Both the position numbers and the translations under genes were made by a program. DNA of 17,314 nt from contig JBHHTZ010000021.1 of assembly GCA_046753605.1 (NCBI GenBank), positions 1 through 17,314 on the forward strand, in the 5' to 3' direction. The DNA comes from Anaerolineae bacterium (lineage in GTDB: Bacteria; Chloroflexota; Anaerolineae; Epilineales; JAANWY01). How positions within the stretch are numbered: position 1 is the first letter of the stretch; each line of letters starts with the position of its first letter. A model generated the notes under the pieces. The model was not told the origin of the DNA. It saw only the letters and a list, made by a program, of their open reading frames with translations, and made no database searches. Shown one piece after another: positions 1 to 7,034 of the stretch.

Positions 1-1
1 C

Positions 2-391
2 CTCAGCCGGCGGCAGGAGGACTCGACCGAGATCGACGCCGGCCCGTCGGGCGTAGTCGGGATTGAAGGTGCGTTCCAGGCGACGTCCTGAGCCTGTCGA
101 AGGGTCGATAACAGCCACGATGTCGCCGGCCGCCGTTGCCTGGGCGACCGCTTTCAGGATGACGGTGGTCTTGCCCGAGGTGTAAGCGCCGATGCACTCG
201 GTGATCCGGCCCCGAGGCAGTCCGCCGATGCCCAGCGCCTGATCCAGGTTCGGGAAGCCGGTGGAGATGTGGGGGAAGTCCCGCTTGTCGGTGGCCGGCT
301 TTTTGGTTCGCCGCAGTGCGCGGGGACCGTATCGGTGCTGAAGCGATGCCGCCAACGCATCCAGCTTGCGTTTCTTGCTCTTCTTGCCCAC
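2..391 (-). CDS. RecA-fold ATPase, ImuA/RecA-like paralogue (N-terminal 130 codons; runs off left window edge)
   Basis: Absent from the supplied ORF track because it has no stop inside the window. Open frame from GTG at 391..389 (in-frame TGA two codons upstream) to the edge: VGKKSKKRKLDALAASLQHRYGPRALRR..HISTGFPNLDQALGIGGLPRGRITECIGAYTSGKTTVILKAVAQATAAGDIVAVID..NPDYARRAGVDLGRVLL. This follows the RecA N-terminal layout: LDxALGxGGxPRGRIxE, a GxxxSGKTT Walker A, then FID...DPxYAxxLGVD. It is diverged (ECIGAYTSGKTT rather than EIYGPESSGKTT). An SOS box lies in its promoter. Confidence 0.75.
   Translation of the reverse strand, partial: MGKKSKKRKLDALAASLQHRYGPRALRRTKKPATDKRDFPHISTGFPNLDQALGIGGLPRGRITECIGAYTSGKTTVILKAVAQATAAGDIVAVIDPSTGSGRRLERTFNPDYARRAGVDLGRVLLPPAE
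76..104 (-). repeat. Short-form copy of the dispersed palindromic repeat family, in-frame inside the RecA-like CDS
   Basis: Plus strand is ccaggcgacgtcctgag + cctgtcgaaggg. The 17-mer ccaggcgacgtcctgag is identical to 15275-15291. cctgtcgaaggg differs by 1 nt from 15316-15327. It is translated as (D)PSTGSGRRLE, between the RecA-like 'VAVID' strand and 'NPDYA'. Confidence 0.6.
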
Positions 392-442
392 GGTATGTCA
401 GATCTTGTCTGGTGAGCGGGTGAAGATCACTTCCGGGGGGCT

Positions 443-472
443 ATTATACCCGAACATATGTTCTTGTGTCAA
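443..472 (-). promoter_or_regulatory. Sigma-70-type promoter of the RecA-like gene: -35 TTGACA (472..467), 18-nt spacer, -10 TATAAT (448..443)
   Basis: Reverse complement of 467-472 (tgtcaa) is TTGACA. Reverse complement of 443-448 (attata) is TATAAT. The -10 lies about 50 nt upstream of the GTG at 391. Confidence 0.7.
451..464. promoter_or_regulatory. LexA/SOS box of Gram-positive (Cheo) type, CGAACATATGTTCT
   Basis: Perfect palindrome GAAC-ATAT-GTTC at 452-463. It matches 13 of 14 positions of the consensus CGAACRNRYGTTYC. It lies inside the spacer between the -35 and -10 elements of the RecA-like gene promoter. Confidence 0.75.
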
Positions 473-541
473 GGAGAAGTGAGCAAAGAAGCAGGGGGCA
501 AGGGGAGCATAGGGGCAAAAGAGTGGCGGAGCATGTAGGCA

Positions 542-1000
542 GTGGGTTTCGGCAGTCAAAACCTCAAGCCTGTTCGTGGGGTAGTTCGGCACGACGCCGA
601 CGTTCCCGATGCCTGCATCGACGGGCTGATCCTGTTCCCTGTCCTCGAGGACCTGCCCTTCCTGGCCCGCCCGCTGACGCAGGAAGAGAAAGGGCGGGCA
701 GAGGACATGGCCGGCATGTGGGGCATCGAGGCCATCGAGGAGTCGGTCCCGATCTCGGTGATCGGCACCGGGCCGGACCTAAACGCCGCCACCGACAACG
801 GGCTGGAACGCGCAGCAAAGTTGCTCGACATGCCGGTGCCCGAGGTGAAGAACCGGGCGACCATCACCGGCGCCATTGAGATTGGCCGGCATCCCGGTGT
901 GGTTCAGGTCACGTTCCGCGCGCCGGCGGACAAGCTGGAAGAACTGGGCCTGCTGGGCTTCGCCCGTGATCAGTACGGCGTCGGCCAGGCATCAGTTTAG
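542..1000 (+). CDS. Acetamidase/formamidase-family C-terminal fragment (probable gene remnant), 152 aa, GTG start
   Basis: ESVPISVIGTGPDLNAATDNGLERAAKLLDMPVPEVKNRATITGAIEIGRHPGVVQVTFRAPADKL resembles the C-terminal 'tiGsa..ledAar.A..eli.wl...gl...eAy.l.s.agdlrisq.vd' region of FmdA/AmdA-family amidases. The N-terminal half of that family (about 150 aa) is missing. The GDxHAxQGDGE-type segment is replaced by RPLTQEEKGRAE. In-frame TAG at 533-535 limits the ORF. The SD is weak. Confidence 0.4.
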   Translation: MGFGSQNLKPVRGVVRHDADVPDACIDGLILFPVLEDLPFLARPLTQEEKGRAEDMAGMWGIEAIEESVPISVIGTGPDLNAATDNGLERAAKLLDMPVPEVKNRATITGAIEIGRHPGVVQVTFRAPADKLEELGLLGFARDQYGVGQASV

Positions 1001-2064
1001 ATAACCGACCAGGCGTGAAACTTAGCCTGGCACGGCCGGCCATTGGCGAAGAGGAACTCACCGGCCTCGGGGAAGTAAAGCACTGTGGAGATAGTAGCGG
1101 AGTGAGGCTCAATCTCCGGATGCCTGCAGATGGCATCCTGTGAACGGCCGTGGCTGGTCATCAATGCCTGCGCCCAGCCGGCGCCCACCTGGCCCTGAGC
1201 GGCTTGTAATGCCGCCGTGACCCTGGCATGCCGGCGCTCGGAGTTCCCGCGCAGATCCGCCGGATTGCGATCCACCCATTGGTCACGTAGCAACTCTGTG
1301 ACAAAGTGGTTGGTGCTGACGACAAAGCCGTCCTTGGGATGAATTACGCCCTGATGCGCGTGACCCGCCTCGAAGACAGCCACGTCACCCGTGGCGTCAG
1401 CAACTACCAACGTGCCGTCGCCAATGTGGGACACGCCCCGCAGGTAATCCAGAGCAGATTTTACGCTGTCATGGTACTCCAGGCACGCCATTTCGACGGA
1501 GTAGCGCGCCACACCGGGACCGATGTCCAGCGAAGTGACGTGGGTGTCGGCCACGGCCAGGCCGGCCTCGTTCATGCCTGAACTGAACACCGCTGGACTG
1601 CCGGCGCTGGTCACGTACGCATAGCGGTATCCCTCGGCGGGACGGGCGCGGGCCAGACATTGCAATGGCAGGTGAGCCAACCGGTAATCGCGGTTTTTCG
1701 CCAGAATCGGGGTGCCGTCCCGCGCAATCGGTGCAGCCGCCGCCCACGCCGTGCAGCCTTCGGCGTGGGCAGCGGCGACCCTACGATCCTCCAGGTACGA
1801 AGCGATGGTATAGCGGAAGAAGGGGTCCCACTCCAGTTCGAGCGCGTCGGCGATACCGCGCAGCATCTCCACCGTCGGAAGGGCTGTCACCTCCCAGGCT
1901 GACCGGAGCTCTGTCACCAGGGGCTGCACGTCCGCCTCGGACTGCGCCAGCTTCGCCAGGCGCTGATCCACGGCCTGTAAGAAAATAGGCCGCAGATCAC
2001 GAATCTGGTGGCCGTGCTGCCGGCCCATCTCATAGTGCGTGCCGGCCAGTTCGAGGACCCTCAT
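997..2064 (-). CDS. Peptidase C45 family Ntn hydrolase / acyl-CoA:6-aminopenicillanic-acid acyltransferase-like protein
   Basis: 355 aa. N-terminus [21 protein letters not shown]. Candidate nucleophile context EGCTAWAA followed by ILAKNRDY, then GMNEAGLAV and STNHF, all typical of the AAT/C45 family. Its ATG overlaps the upstream ATPase stop by 4 nt (ATGA at 2064..2061). Confidence 0.8.
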   Translation of the reverse strand: MRVLELAGTHYEMGRQHGHQIRDLRPIFLQAVDQRLAKLAQSEADVQPLVTELRSAWEVTALPTVEMLRGIADALELEWDPFFRYTIASYLEDRRVAAAHAEGCTAWAAAAPIARDGTPILAKNRDYRLAHLPLQCLARARPAEGYRYAYVTSAGSPAVFSSGMNEAGLAVADTHVTSLDIGPGVARYSVEMACLEYHDSVKSALDYLRGVSHIGDGTLVVADATGDVAVFEAGHAHQGVIHPKDGFVVSTNHFVTELLRDQWVDRNPADLRGNSERRHARVTAALQAAQGQVGAGWAQALMTSHGRSQDAICRHPEIEPHSATISTVLYFPEAGEFLFANGRPCQAKFHAWSVI

Positions 2065-3176
2065 GTTTCAACCTGCACCGAACCCGTGTCTACCCGCGAT
2101 GCTGCGAGTTGGTCATCGGCCACGGGATGATCGTCGTAGATCCAGCACGCCACCTCCTGTCCGCCCACCTGGAAGAAGGGCGGGTACCTATTCTCGCAGA
2201 TGTCACCTGCCTTGGTGAAACAGCGGGGATGGAACGGGCAACCGGAGGGCGGATCGATCGAGCTGGGCACGCTGCCGGATAGGATAATCCGTTCCCGCCG
2301 GGCCTCCTTCCGGACACGGGGGATAGCCGCCAACAACGCCTGCGTATAGGGATGCCGAGGCTCCTCGAAGAGATGGTCCGTCGGTCCCATCTCGACGATG
2401 TGGCCCAGGTACATCACCGCCACCCGATCGCTGATGTAGTTGATCACGCTGAGGTCGTGGGCAATGAATAGATACGTAAGATCGAATTCCTCCTGGAGCT
2501 CTTCCAGAAGATTGATGACCTGGGCTTGAATCGAGACGTCCAACGAAGACACCGGCTCATCGGCCACGATGAAGCGGGGTTGCATGGCCAACGCTCGGGC
2601 GATGCCGATCCGTTGTCGCTGACCACCGGAAAACTGATGAGGGTAGGAATCGATGTGGTGCTTGCTCAGCCCAACACGATTTAGGAGCTGGATCGTCGCC
2701 GCCTCACGTTCAAGGGGATCGGTGACACCCCGGTGGTACAGCGGCGTGCCGATGATGTCGCGCACCGGCTTACGGGGATTCAACGAAGAGTACGGGTTCT
2801 GAAAGACGATCTGGGCCAGGCGATAATACTTCACTTCCTGGGGGGTATCCGTGCCATTCAACGACGCAACGACTTTGTCTTCCCGAAGAGGATGTCCTTG
2901 AAAGGAAATCTCACCCGACGTCGGCTCGCAGAGGCGAGTTAGAACACGGCCCAGTGTCGTCTTGCCACAACCGCTTTCACCCACCAAGCCCAGGGTCTCA
3001 CCAGGCCAGATGCGCAGATCCACCCCATCAACGGCTCGGACAATCTTCTCTCGGGCCTGCGCCAACACCCGCGTCAAGATGCTTGGCCGGATGAGGAAGT
3101 ACTTGCGGATGTTTCGGGCCTCAATCAGCGGGGGGTCAGTTCTGTCAGTGTTTAGATTCCTCATCGATTTGCTCAC
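2061..3176 (-). CDS. Oligopeptide/dipeptide-type ABC transporter ATP-binding protein (OppF/DppF-like)
   Basis: Walker [10 protein letters not shown], signature [15 protein letters not shown], Walker [13 protein letters not shown], and a C-terminal oligopeptide-ATPase extension ([18 protein letters not shown]). GTG start at 3176. An alternative ATG is at 3164. Confidence 0.9.
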   Translation of the reverse strand: MSKSMRNLNTDRTDPPLIEARNIRKYFLIRPSILTRVLAQAREKIVRAVDGVDLRIWPGETLGLVGESGCGKTTLGRVLTRLCEPTSGEISFQGHPLREDKVVASLNGTDTPQEVKYYRLAQIVFQNPYSSLNPRKPVRDIIGTPLYHRGVTDPLEREAATIQLLNRVGLSKHHIDSYPHQFSGGQRQRIGIARALAMQPRFIVADEPVSSLDVSIQAQVINLLEELQEEFDLTYLFIAHDLSVINYISDRVAVMYLGHIVEMGPTDHLFEEPRHPYTQALLAAIPRVRKEARRERIILSGSVPSSIDPPSGCPFHPRCFTKAGDICENRYPPFFQVGGQEVACWIYDDHPVADDQLAASRVDTGSVQVET

Positions 3177-3189
3177 AATGACCTGCGGT

Positions 3190-3232
3190 GTGAAACGTGA
3201 TGCGCGAGAGAGAAAACGCCATCACGTTTCAC
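3190..3232 (-). repeat. Intercistronic hairpin: perfect 13-bp stem (3190-3202 / 3220-3232), 17-nt loop
   Basis: gtgaaacgtgatg ... catcacgtttcac. It overlaps the last codons and stop of the OppD-like gene and sits just upstream of the OppF-like start. No U tract follows on the minus strand, so it is not a classical intrinsic terminator. Confidence 0.6.
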
Positions 3233-4301
3233 GTTTTGCGCCCTCGCTCTGGACCTCGTCACTCCAATCCCAATCCTCTTCGCGCGCGTAGTTCAGATGG
3301 ATCAAACAACGGTTGATGTGGCCGGCCCCCGTCTCAATCATAGGGATTGGGCCTTCATCGCACACCGGCTGATGATGCGGACAACGCGGCGCGAAGGCGC
3401 AGCCCACCGGAAGACCGACCAGATCTGGCACATTGCCGGGGATTGGCCGCACACGCTGACCTCGTACAGCGATGCTTGGCCGGCACTCAAGCAACCCCTG
3501 CGTGTATGGATGTTGCGGACTCTCGACGACCTGATCGACGGTGCCACGCTCTACGATGCGGCCGGCATACATCACAGCAATCGTGTCGCAGAATTCAGCG
3601 GTTAATGCCAGGTCATGGGTAACCAGGATGATGGCCGTGCCGTGTTCCCGGTTGATCTGCCACATCAGATCCATGATCTGGGCCTGGATGGTGACGTCTA
3701 GCGCGGTGGTGGGCTCATCGGCCAGGAGCAAGGCCGGCCCGCACACCAACGCAATAGCAATGAGCGCGCGCTGCTGCATGCCTCCCGAGATCTGATGCGG
3801 ATACGCCGCATACCGATCCATGGGCGAGGAGATACCCACCTCGCGCATCACCTCAAGCACGCGCTCCTTTTCGCGGCGCCACTGCGCAAAATTGAAGGGC
3901 CACGGCAGCCGTGATCCATCCAGGATGCGATGCAGGCGCAGCGCCTCGCGGATCTGCTCACCCACAGGGAAGGCCGGATTCAGGGTGGAAAGAGGATCCT
4001 GGAAGATCATAGCGATTTCCTTCCCCCGGATAGTGCACATCGCTCGCTGAGATAGCGCTCGCAGGTTCTGGCCCCGGAACAGAATCTCACCCCGGGCAAT
4101 ATGTCCGGGCCGGTGGATCAGCCGCAGGACGGAGAGCAGTATAGTGCTCTTCCCGCAACCCGACTCACCCACAATGCCCAAGATTTCCCCCTCGTTCAGT
4201 GTGAGGTTGATACTATCTACTGCCTGCACTACCCCGCGATTGGTGGGATAGACCGTGCTCAAATTGCGAAGTTCCAGTAGCGCTTCTGCTCCGTATCCCA
4301 C
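3222..4301 (-). CDS. Oligopeptide/dipeptide-type ABC transporter ATP-binding protein (OppD/DppD-like)
   Basis: Walker [10 protein letters not shown], signature [15 protein letters not shown], Walker [14 protein letters not shown]-loop VTHDL, and C-terminal [22 protein letters not shown] start at 4301. Confidence 0.9.
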   Translation of the reverse strand: MGYGAEALLELRNLSTVYPTNRGVVQAVDSINLTLNEGEILGIVGESGCGKSTILLSVLRLIHRPGHIARGEILFRGQNLRALSQRAMCTIRGKEIAMIFQDPLSTLNPAFPVGEQIREALRLHRILDGSRLPWPFNFAQWRREKERVLEVMREVGISSPMDRYAAYPHQISGGMQQRALIAIALVCGPALLLADEPTTALDVTIQAQIMDLMWQINREHGTAIILVTHDLALTAEFCDTIAVMYAGRIVERGTVDQVVESPQHPYTQGLLECRPSIAVRGQRVRPIPGNVPDLVGLPVGCAFAPRCPHHQPVCDEGPIPMIETGAGHINRCLIHLNYAREEDWDWSDEVQSEGAKRET

Positions 4302-4311
4302 CCCTTCTGAC

Positions 4312-4536
4312 TTACCTCCTCTCTACTTCGGCCACGATGGCTGCGATCCGCCGGCTAGCCTCCTCGCCCAGTGGGGGTGGCTGGTGCTGCTCCAGGATCC
4401 GTGCGACTGTCTCACCGGCCCGCTCCCGGAGGGACATTGCACCATTCATCGAGCCCTGGCAAATGCGATCAATCTCGTTCTCGGTCAAGGGCCGCAGGTA
4501 ATGACCCTTGAGTCCGACGCGGTCTAGGCCAGCCAT
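4312..4536 (-). CDS. Small hypothetical protein (74 aa) embedded between the permease and ATPase genes
   Basis: The ATG at 4536..4534 is 2 nt after the OppC-like TGA (4541..4539). Its stop is 10 nt before the OppD-like GTG. Sequence: MAGLDRVGLKGHYLRPLTENEIDRICQGSMNGAMSLRERAGETVARILEQHQPPPLGEEASRRIAAIVAEVERR. The longer 111-aa track ORF begins inside the permease gene and its N-terminal part looks non-coding. No family is securely recognised. Confidence 0.4.
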   Translation of the reverse strand: MAGLDRVGLKGHYLRPLTENEIDRICQGSMNGAMSLRERAGETVARILEQHQPPPLGEEASRRIAAIVAEVERR

Positions 4537-4538
4537 AC

Positions 4539-5525
4539 TCACTCGATCCTCAACCTTGGATCCAGGACATCCCGCAACCCCTCCCCAAACACATTGATGG
4601 AGAGCACCAGCAGTAGGATCGCGATGCCGGGGAAGGTGGAGACCCACCAGGCGACCAGCAAATAGTCGCGACCAGCCGCCACCATGGAGCCCCAGGCCGG
4701 CGTGGGTGGCTGGATACCCAGGCCCAAAAAGCTGAGACTCGCTTCCATGATGATCATGTGCCCCATGCGCAATGTGCCCAGCACCAACACGGACTGGATG
4801 ATGTTCGGTAAAATCTCCTGGGCAATAATGGCGGCGTTGCTCTGGCCAGTGACCTTGGCCGCCTCCACGTATTCCTGCGTCTTCTCCGACAGCATCTCAC
4901 CGCGCACCAGCCGGAAGAACTCCACCCAGCCCTTGAACGTCAGCGCCAAGATCAGGTTCGTGAAGCCGGGTCCCAGGAAGGCCATGACCCCGATAGCGAA
5001 GATGAGGTACGGGAAGGCCAGCAACAAGTCCGCAAACCGTGACACCAGACTGTCGAGCCGGCCACGATAGTAGCCGGTGATGGCGCCCAGGAACGTTCCA
5101 ATGACAACGGAGATGCCTACCGACAGAAGCCCGACGGCCAGCGAGATGCGGGCACCGAATACGATGCGCGTCAGGAGATCGCGGCCCTGCGCGTCCGTGC
5201 CCAACGGATACGACCAACTCCCCTCCAGATGCCAGGCCGGTGGATCCAGGCGCAGCCGCAGATTCCCCAGCGAGGGGTCGTGCACTGTGATCTGCTTGGC
5301 AAAGATAGCTGCTAACACATAGACCAGGACGACGATACCCCCCAGCATCGCCAGGCGATAGCTGCGCAGTTCGTCAAGGAAGCCGGCCAGGCCCTGGCGC
5401 CACAGCCTCAGGCGAACACGCCACAGATAGGCTTGCCGGGCTACCGGCGTGTCAACTTGCGGAGCAACGTCCAGTAGAAGACCTCCTGTTACACAGTACG
5501 CAATACGCTTCACGATATGCCACAC
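4539..5525 (-). CDS. ABC transporter permease (OppC/DppC-like)
   Basis: Multi-span membrane protein with a BPD-transporter core (SRFADLLLAFPYLIFAIGVMAFLGPGF.., EYVEAAKVTGQS.., LPNIIQSVLV). The start is uncertain. The GTG at 5525 has no SD. A strong AGGAGG (5487..5482) sits 7 nt before an in-frame CTG (5474..5472). No ATG, GTG or TTG occurs in frame until Met59. Confidence 0.85.
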   Translation of the reverse strand: MWHIVKRIAYCVTGGLLLDVAPQVDTPVARQAYLWRVRLRLWRQGLAGFLDELRSYRLAMLGGIVVLVYVLAAIFAKQITVHDPSLGNLRLRLDPPAWHLEGSWSYPLGTDAQGRDLLTRIVFGARISLAVGLLSVGISVVIGTFLGAITGYYRGRLDSLVSRFADLLLAFPYLIFAIGVMAFLGPGFTNLILALTFKGWVEFFRLVRGEMLSEKTQEYVEAAKVTGQSNAAIIAQEILPNIIQSVLVLGTLRMGHMIIMEASLSFLGLGIQPPTPAWGSMVAAGRDYLLVAWWVSTFPGIAILLLVLSINVFGEGLRDVLDPRLRIE

Positions 5526-5553
5526 ACTTAACTTCGCATCGCGTATTGCGCAC
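5497..5553. promoter_or_regulatory. Inverted pair of the GTATTGCGT motif (13-nt arms, 1 mismatch, 31-nt spacer) at the oppB/oppC-like junction
   Basis: gtacgcaatacgc at 5497-5509 and gcgtattgcgcac at 5541-5553. The 9-mer GTATTGCGT (reverse complement at 5498-5506) recurs exactly at 12805-12813 and 14947-14955. Confidence 0.45.
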
Positions 5554-5562
5554 TCCGTGTTC

Positions 5563-6573
5563 TCACAACAAAATCTTCGGGTTCAAATACGTATACAATA
5601 CGTCAACAATCAAGTTAGCCATAACGAAGGTGAAGGCGTAAACCATCACAGTTCCCTGCACCAGCGGGAAGTCCCGCTCGAAGATGGCCTTCACGACCAG
5701 CCGGCCCAACCCTGGCCACCCGAACACCGTTTCGACGATCATGTTACCGCCCAGGAGCACGCCGACCTGCAAACCGACCACGGTGACAGTGGGAATCAGC
5801 GCGTTGCGTAGTGCATGCTTAAAAACGACGTGCCACTCAGGCGCGCCTTTGGCCCTGGCCAGCGTCACGTAGTCCGAGCGCAGTGTCTCCAGCATGCTGG
5901 ACCGCAGCACCCGTGCTACGACAGCCGCTACCGGCGCGCCCAGGGTTATGGATGGCAGCGCAAGGTGTTTCAAGCTGGCAGCCAGGGCGGCACGGTTCCC
6001 CGCGATCAAGCTGTCCAAGACATACAGGCCCGTGACCTCTTCCAACTGCACGCCGTAGCCGATTCGGCCTTGAACAGGCAGCCAATGCAGGCGCACAGCG
6101 AAGATCAGGATCAGCATGATGCCGAGCCAGAATCCAGGCATCGAAATGCCGAGGAAAGCCCCGGCCATACTGAACCGATCCAGCGGCGAGTTCTGGCGCA
6201 CAGCGGAGATGATGCCGATGGGAATCGCCACAACCAGACCGAAGATCAGAGCCCCTAACGCGAGCTCAATGGTTGCCGGCAAGCGCTCCGCGATGAGGGT
6301 GCTCACCGGCCGCTTCTGGACATATGAGTAGCCCAGATCGCCGCGCACGACGTCCTCGAGAAACAACCACAGTTGCACGTACAGCGGTTCGTCCAGATGG
6401 AACTCGTGGCGCAACTGCTCCATCTCGCCAGCGGAAACTGCCCCACTCTGCCCCATCATGATGTCTACCGGGTCCCCCGGCGTCAGGCGCATGAAGAAGA
6501 ACACCACAATGGCCACGCCAAACACGATGGGGATGGCGACCAAGATGCGCTCTACAACCTTGACAGCTCTCAC
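5563..6573 (-). CDS. ABC transporter permease (OppB/DppB-like)
   Basis: 336 aa. The N-terminus ..RILVAIPIVFGVAIVVFFFMRLTPGDPVDIMMG is typical of DppB/OppB. It has a BPD-transporter core (DYVTLARAKGAPEW..HALRNALIPTVTVVGLQ). GTG start at 6573 is preceded by GAGGGGAG. Confidence 0.9.
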   Translation of the reverse strand: MRAVKVVERILVAIPIVFGVAIVVFFFMRLTPGDPVDIMMGQSGAVSAGEMEQLRHEFHLDEPLYVQLWLFLEDVVRGDLGYSYVQKRPVSTLIAERLPATIELALGALIFGLVVAIPIGIISAVRQNSPLDRFSMAGAFLGISMPGFWLGIMLILIFAVRLHWLPVQGRIGYGVQLEEVTGLYVLDSLIAGNRAALAASLKHLALPSITLGAPVAAVVARVLRSSMLETLRSDYVTLARAKGAPEWHVVFKHALRNALIPTVTVVGLQVGVLLGGNMIVETVFGWPGLGRLVVKAIFERDFPLVQGTVMVYAFTFVMANLIVDVLYTYLNPKILL

Positions 6574-6623
6574 AGGTTACACTCCCCTCACCACAACTCC
6601 CTCAACTAAGGGCGTGTCAAGAA

Positions 6624-6744
6624 CTCGACTTTGGCCATTTTGAGGAGTGAGCACGCCTACGTGCGAATGGCTCACAAGATACGGCACGTGGGCGTGCCTT
6701 ACTCCTCAATATATTGTGGTATTAGCAGAATGGCCAAAGTCGAG
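6624..6744. repeat. 121-nt nested palindromic element (MITE/REP-like or structured RNA)
   Basis: The outer stem is a perfect 16-bp stem: ctcgactttggccatt at 6624-6639 against aatggccaaagtcgag at 6729-6744. The inner stem is imperfect and about 24 bp: ttgaggagtgagcacgcctacgtg at 6640-6663 against cacgtgggcgtgccttactcctcaa at 6685-6709. Confidence 0.7.
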
Positions 6745-6836
6745 AAGAAAAAACTTCCCGCTTTCTCGCCGTCAGTCGAGCCAGACATGCGTGACTCCTG
6801 GCAGAATACGACCTGGCAGCGAGTTCGCCTGAGCAT

Positions 6837-6890
6837 CCCTTCGACAAGCCGCCGTGGTGAGCCTGTCGAACCATCAGGACGCCGCCTGAG
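6837..6890 (+). repeat. Dispersed palindromic repeat, copy A (intergenic)
   Basis: The 42-nt core cccttcgacaagccgccgtggtgagcctgtcgaaccatcagg (6837-6878) is identical to 10968-11009 and to the reverse complement of 16769-16810. The internal arms ttcgacaag / cctgtcgaa can pair. Confidence 0.9.
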
Positions 6891-6915
6891 CGGCTGCGAA
6901 CGGAGTGAAGCAGCA

Positions 6916-6973
6916 TATCGAAGGGTGCGGCCACTCCAGGCCAATGTGTCATTGCGAGCCGCACCCTTCGATA
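6916..6973. repeat. Perfect 16-bp inverted repeat with 26-nt loop
   Basis: tatcgaagggtgcggc at 6916-6931 against gccgcacccttcgata at 6958-6973. The loop contains gtcattgcgag. Confidence 0.8.
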
Positions 6974-7034
6974 CGGCCTTCAGCCTACCCAGGATGCTTG
7001 CCCTATTCTCCGATTCGGCCCTATACCCGCCTCG

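Noticed and set aside
466-879. 137-aa plus-strand ORF beginning next to AAGGAG
   Set aside because: The translation is extremely Arg/Gly/His-rich. It overlaps the better-supported frame 542..1000. The in-frame GTG (479) after the AAGGAG is in the 542 frame but is cut by a TAG at 533-535.
6615-6620. TTGACA hexamer (minus strand) about 40 nt upstream of the OppB-like start, as an internal promoter
   Set aside because: No acceptable -10 hexamer lies 16-19 nt downstream (only TTGTGG or TAGTTG-like). That is insufficient to call a promoter.
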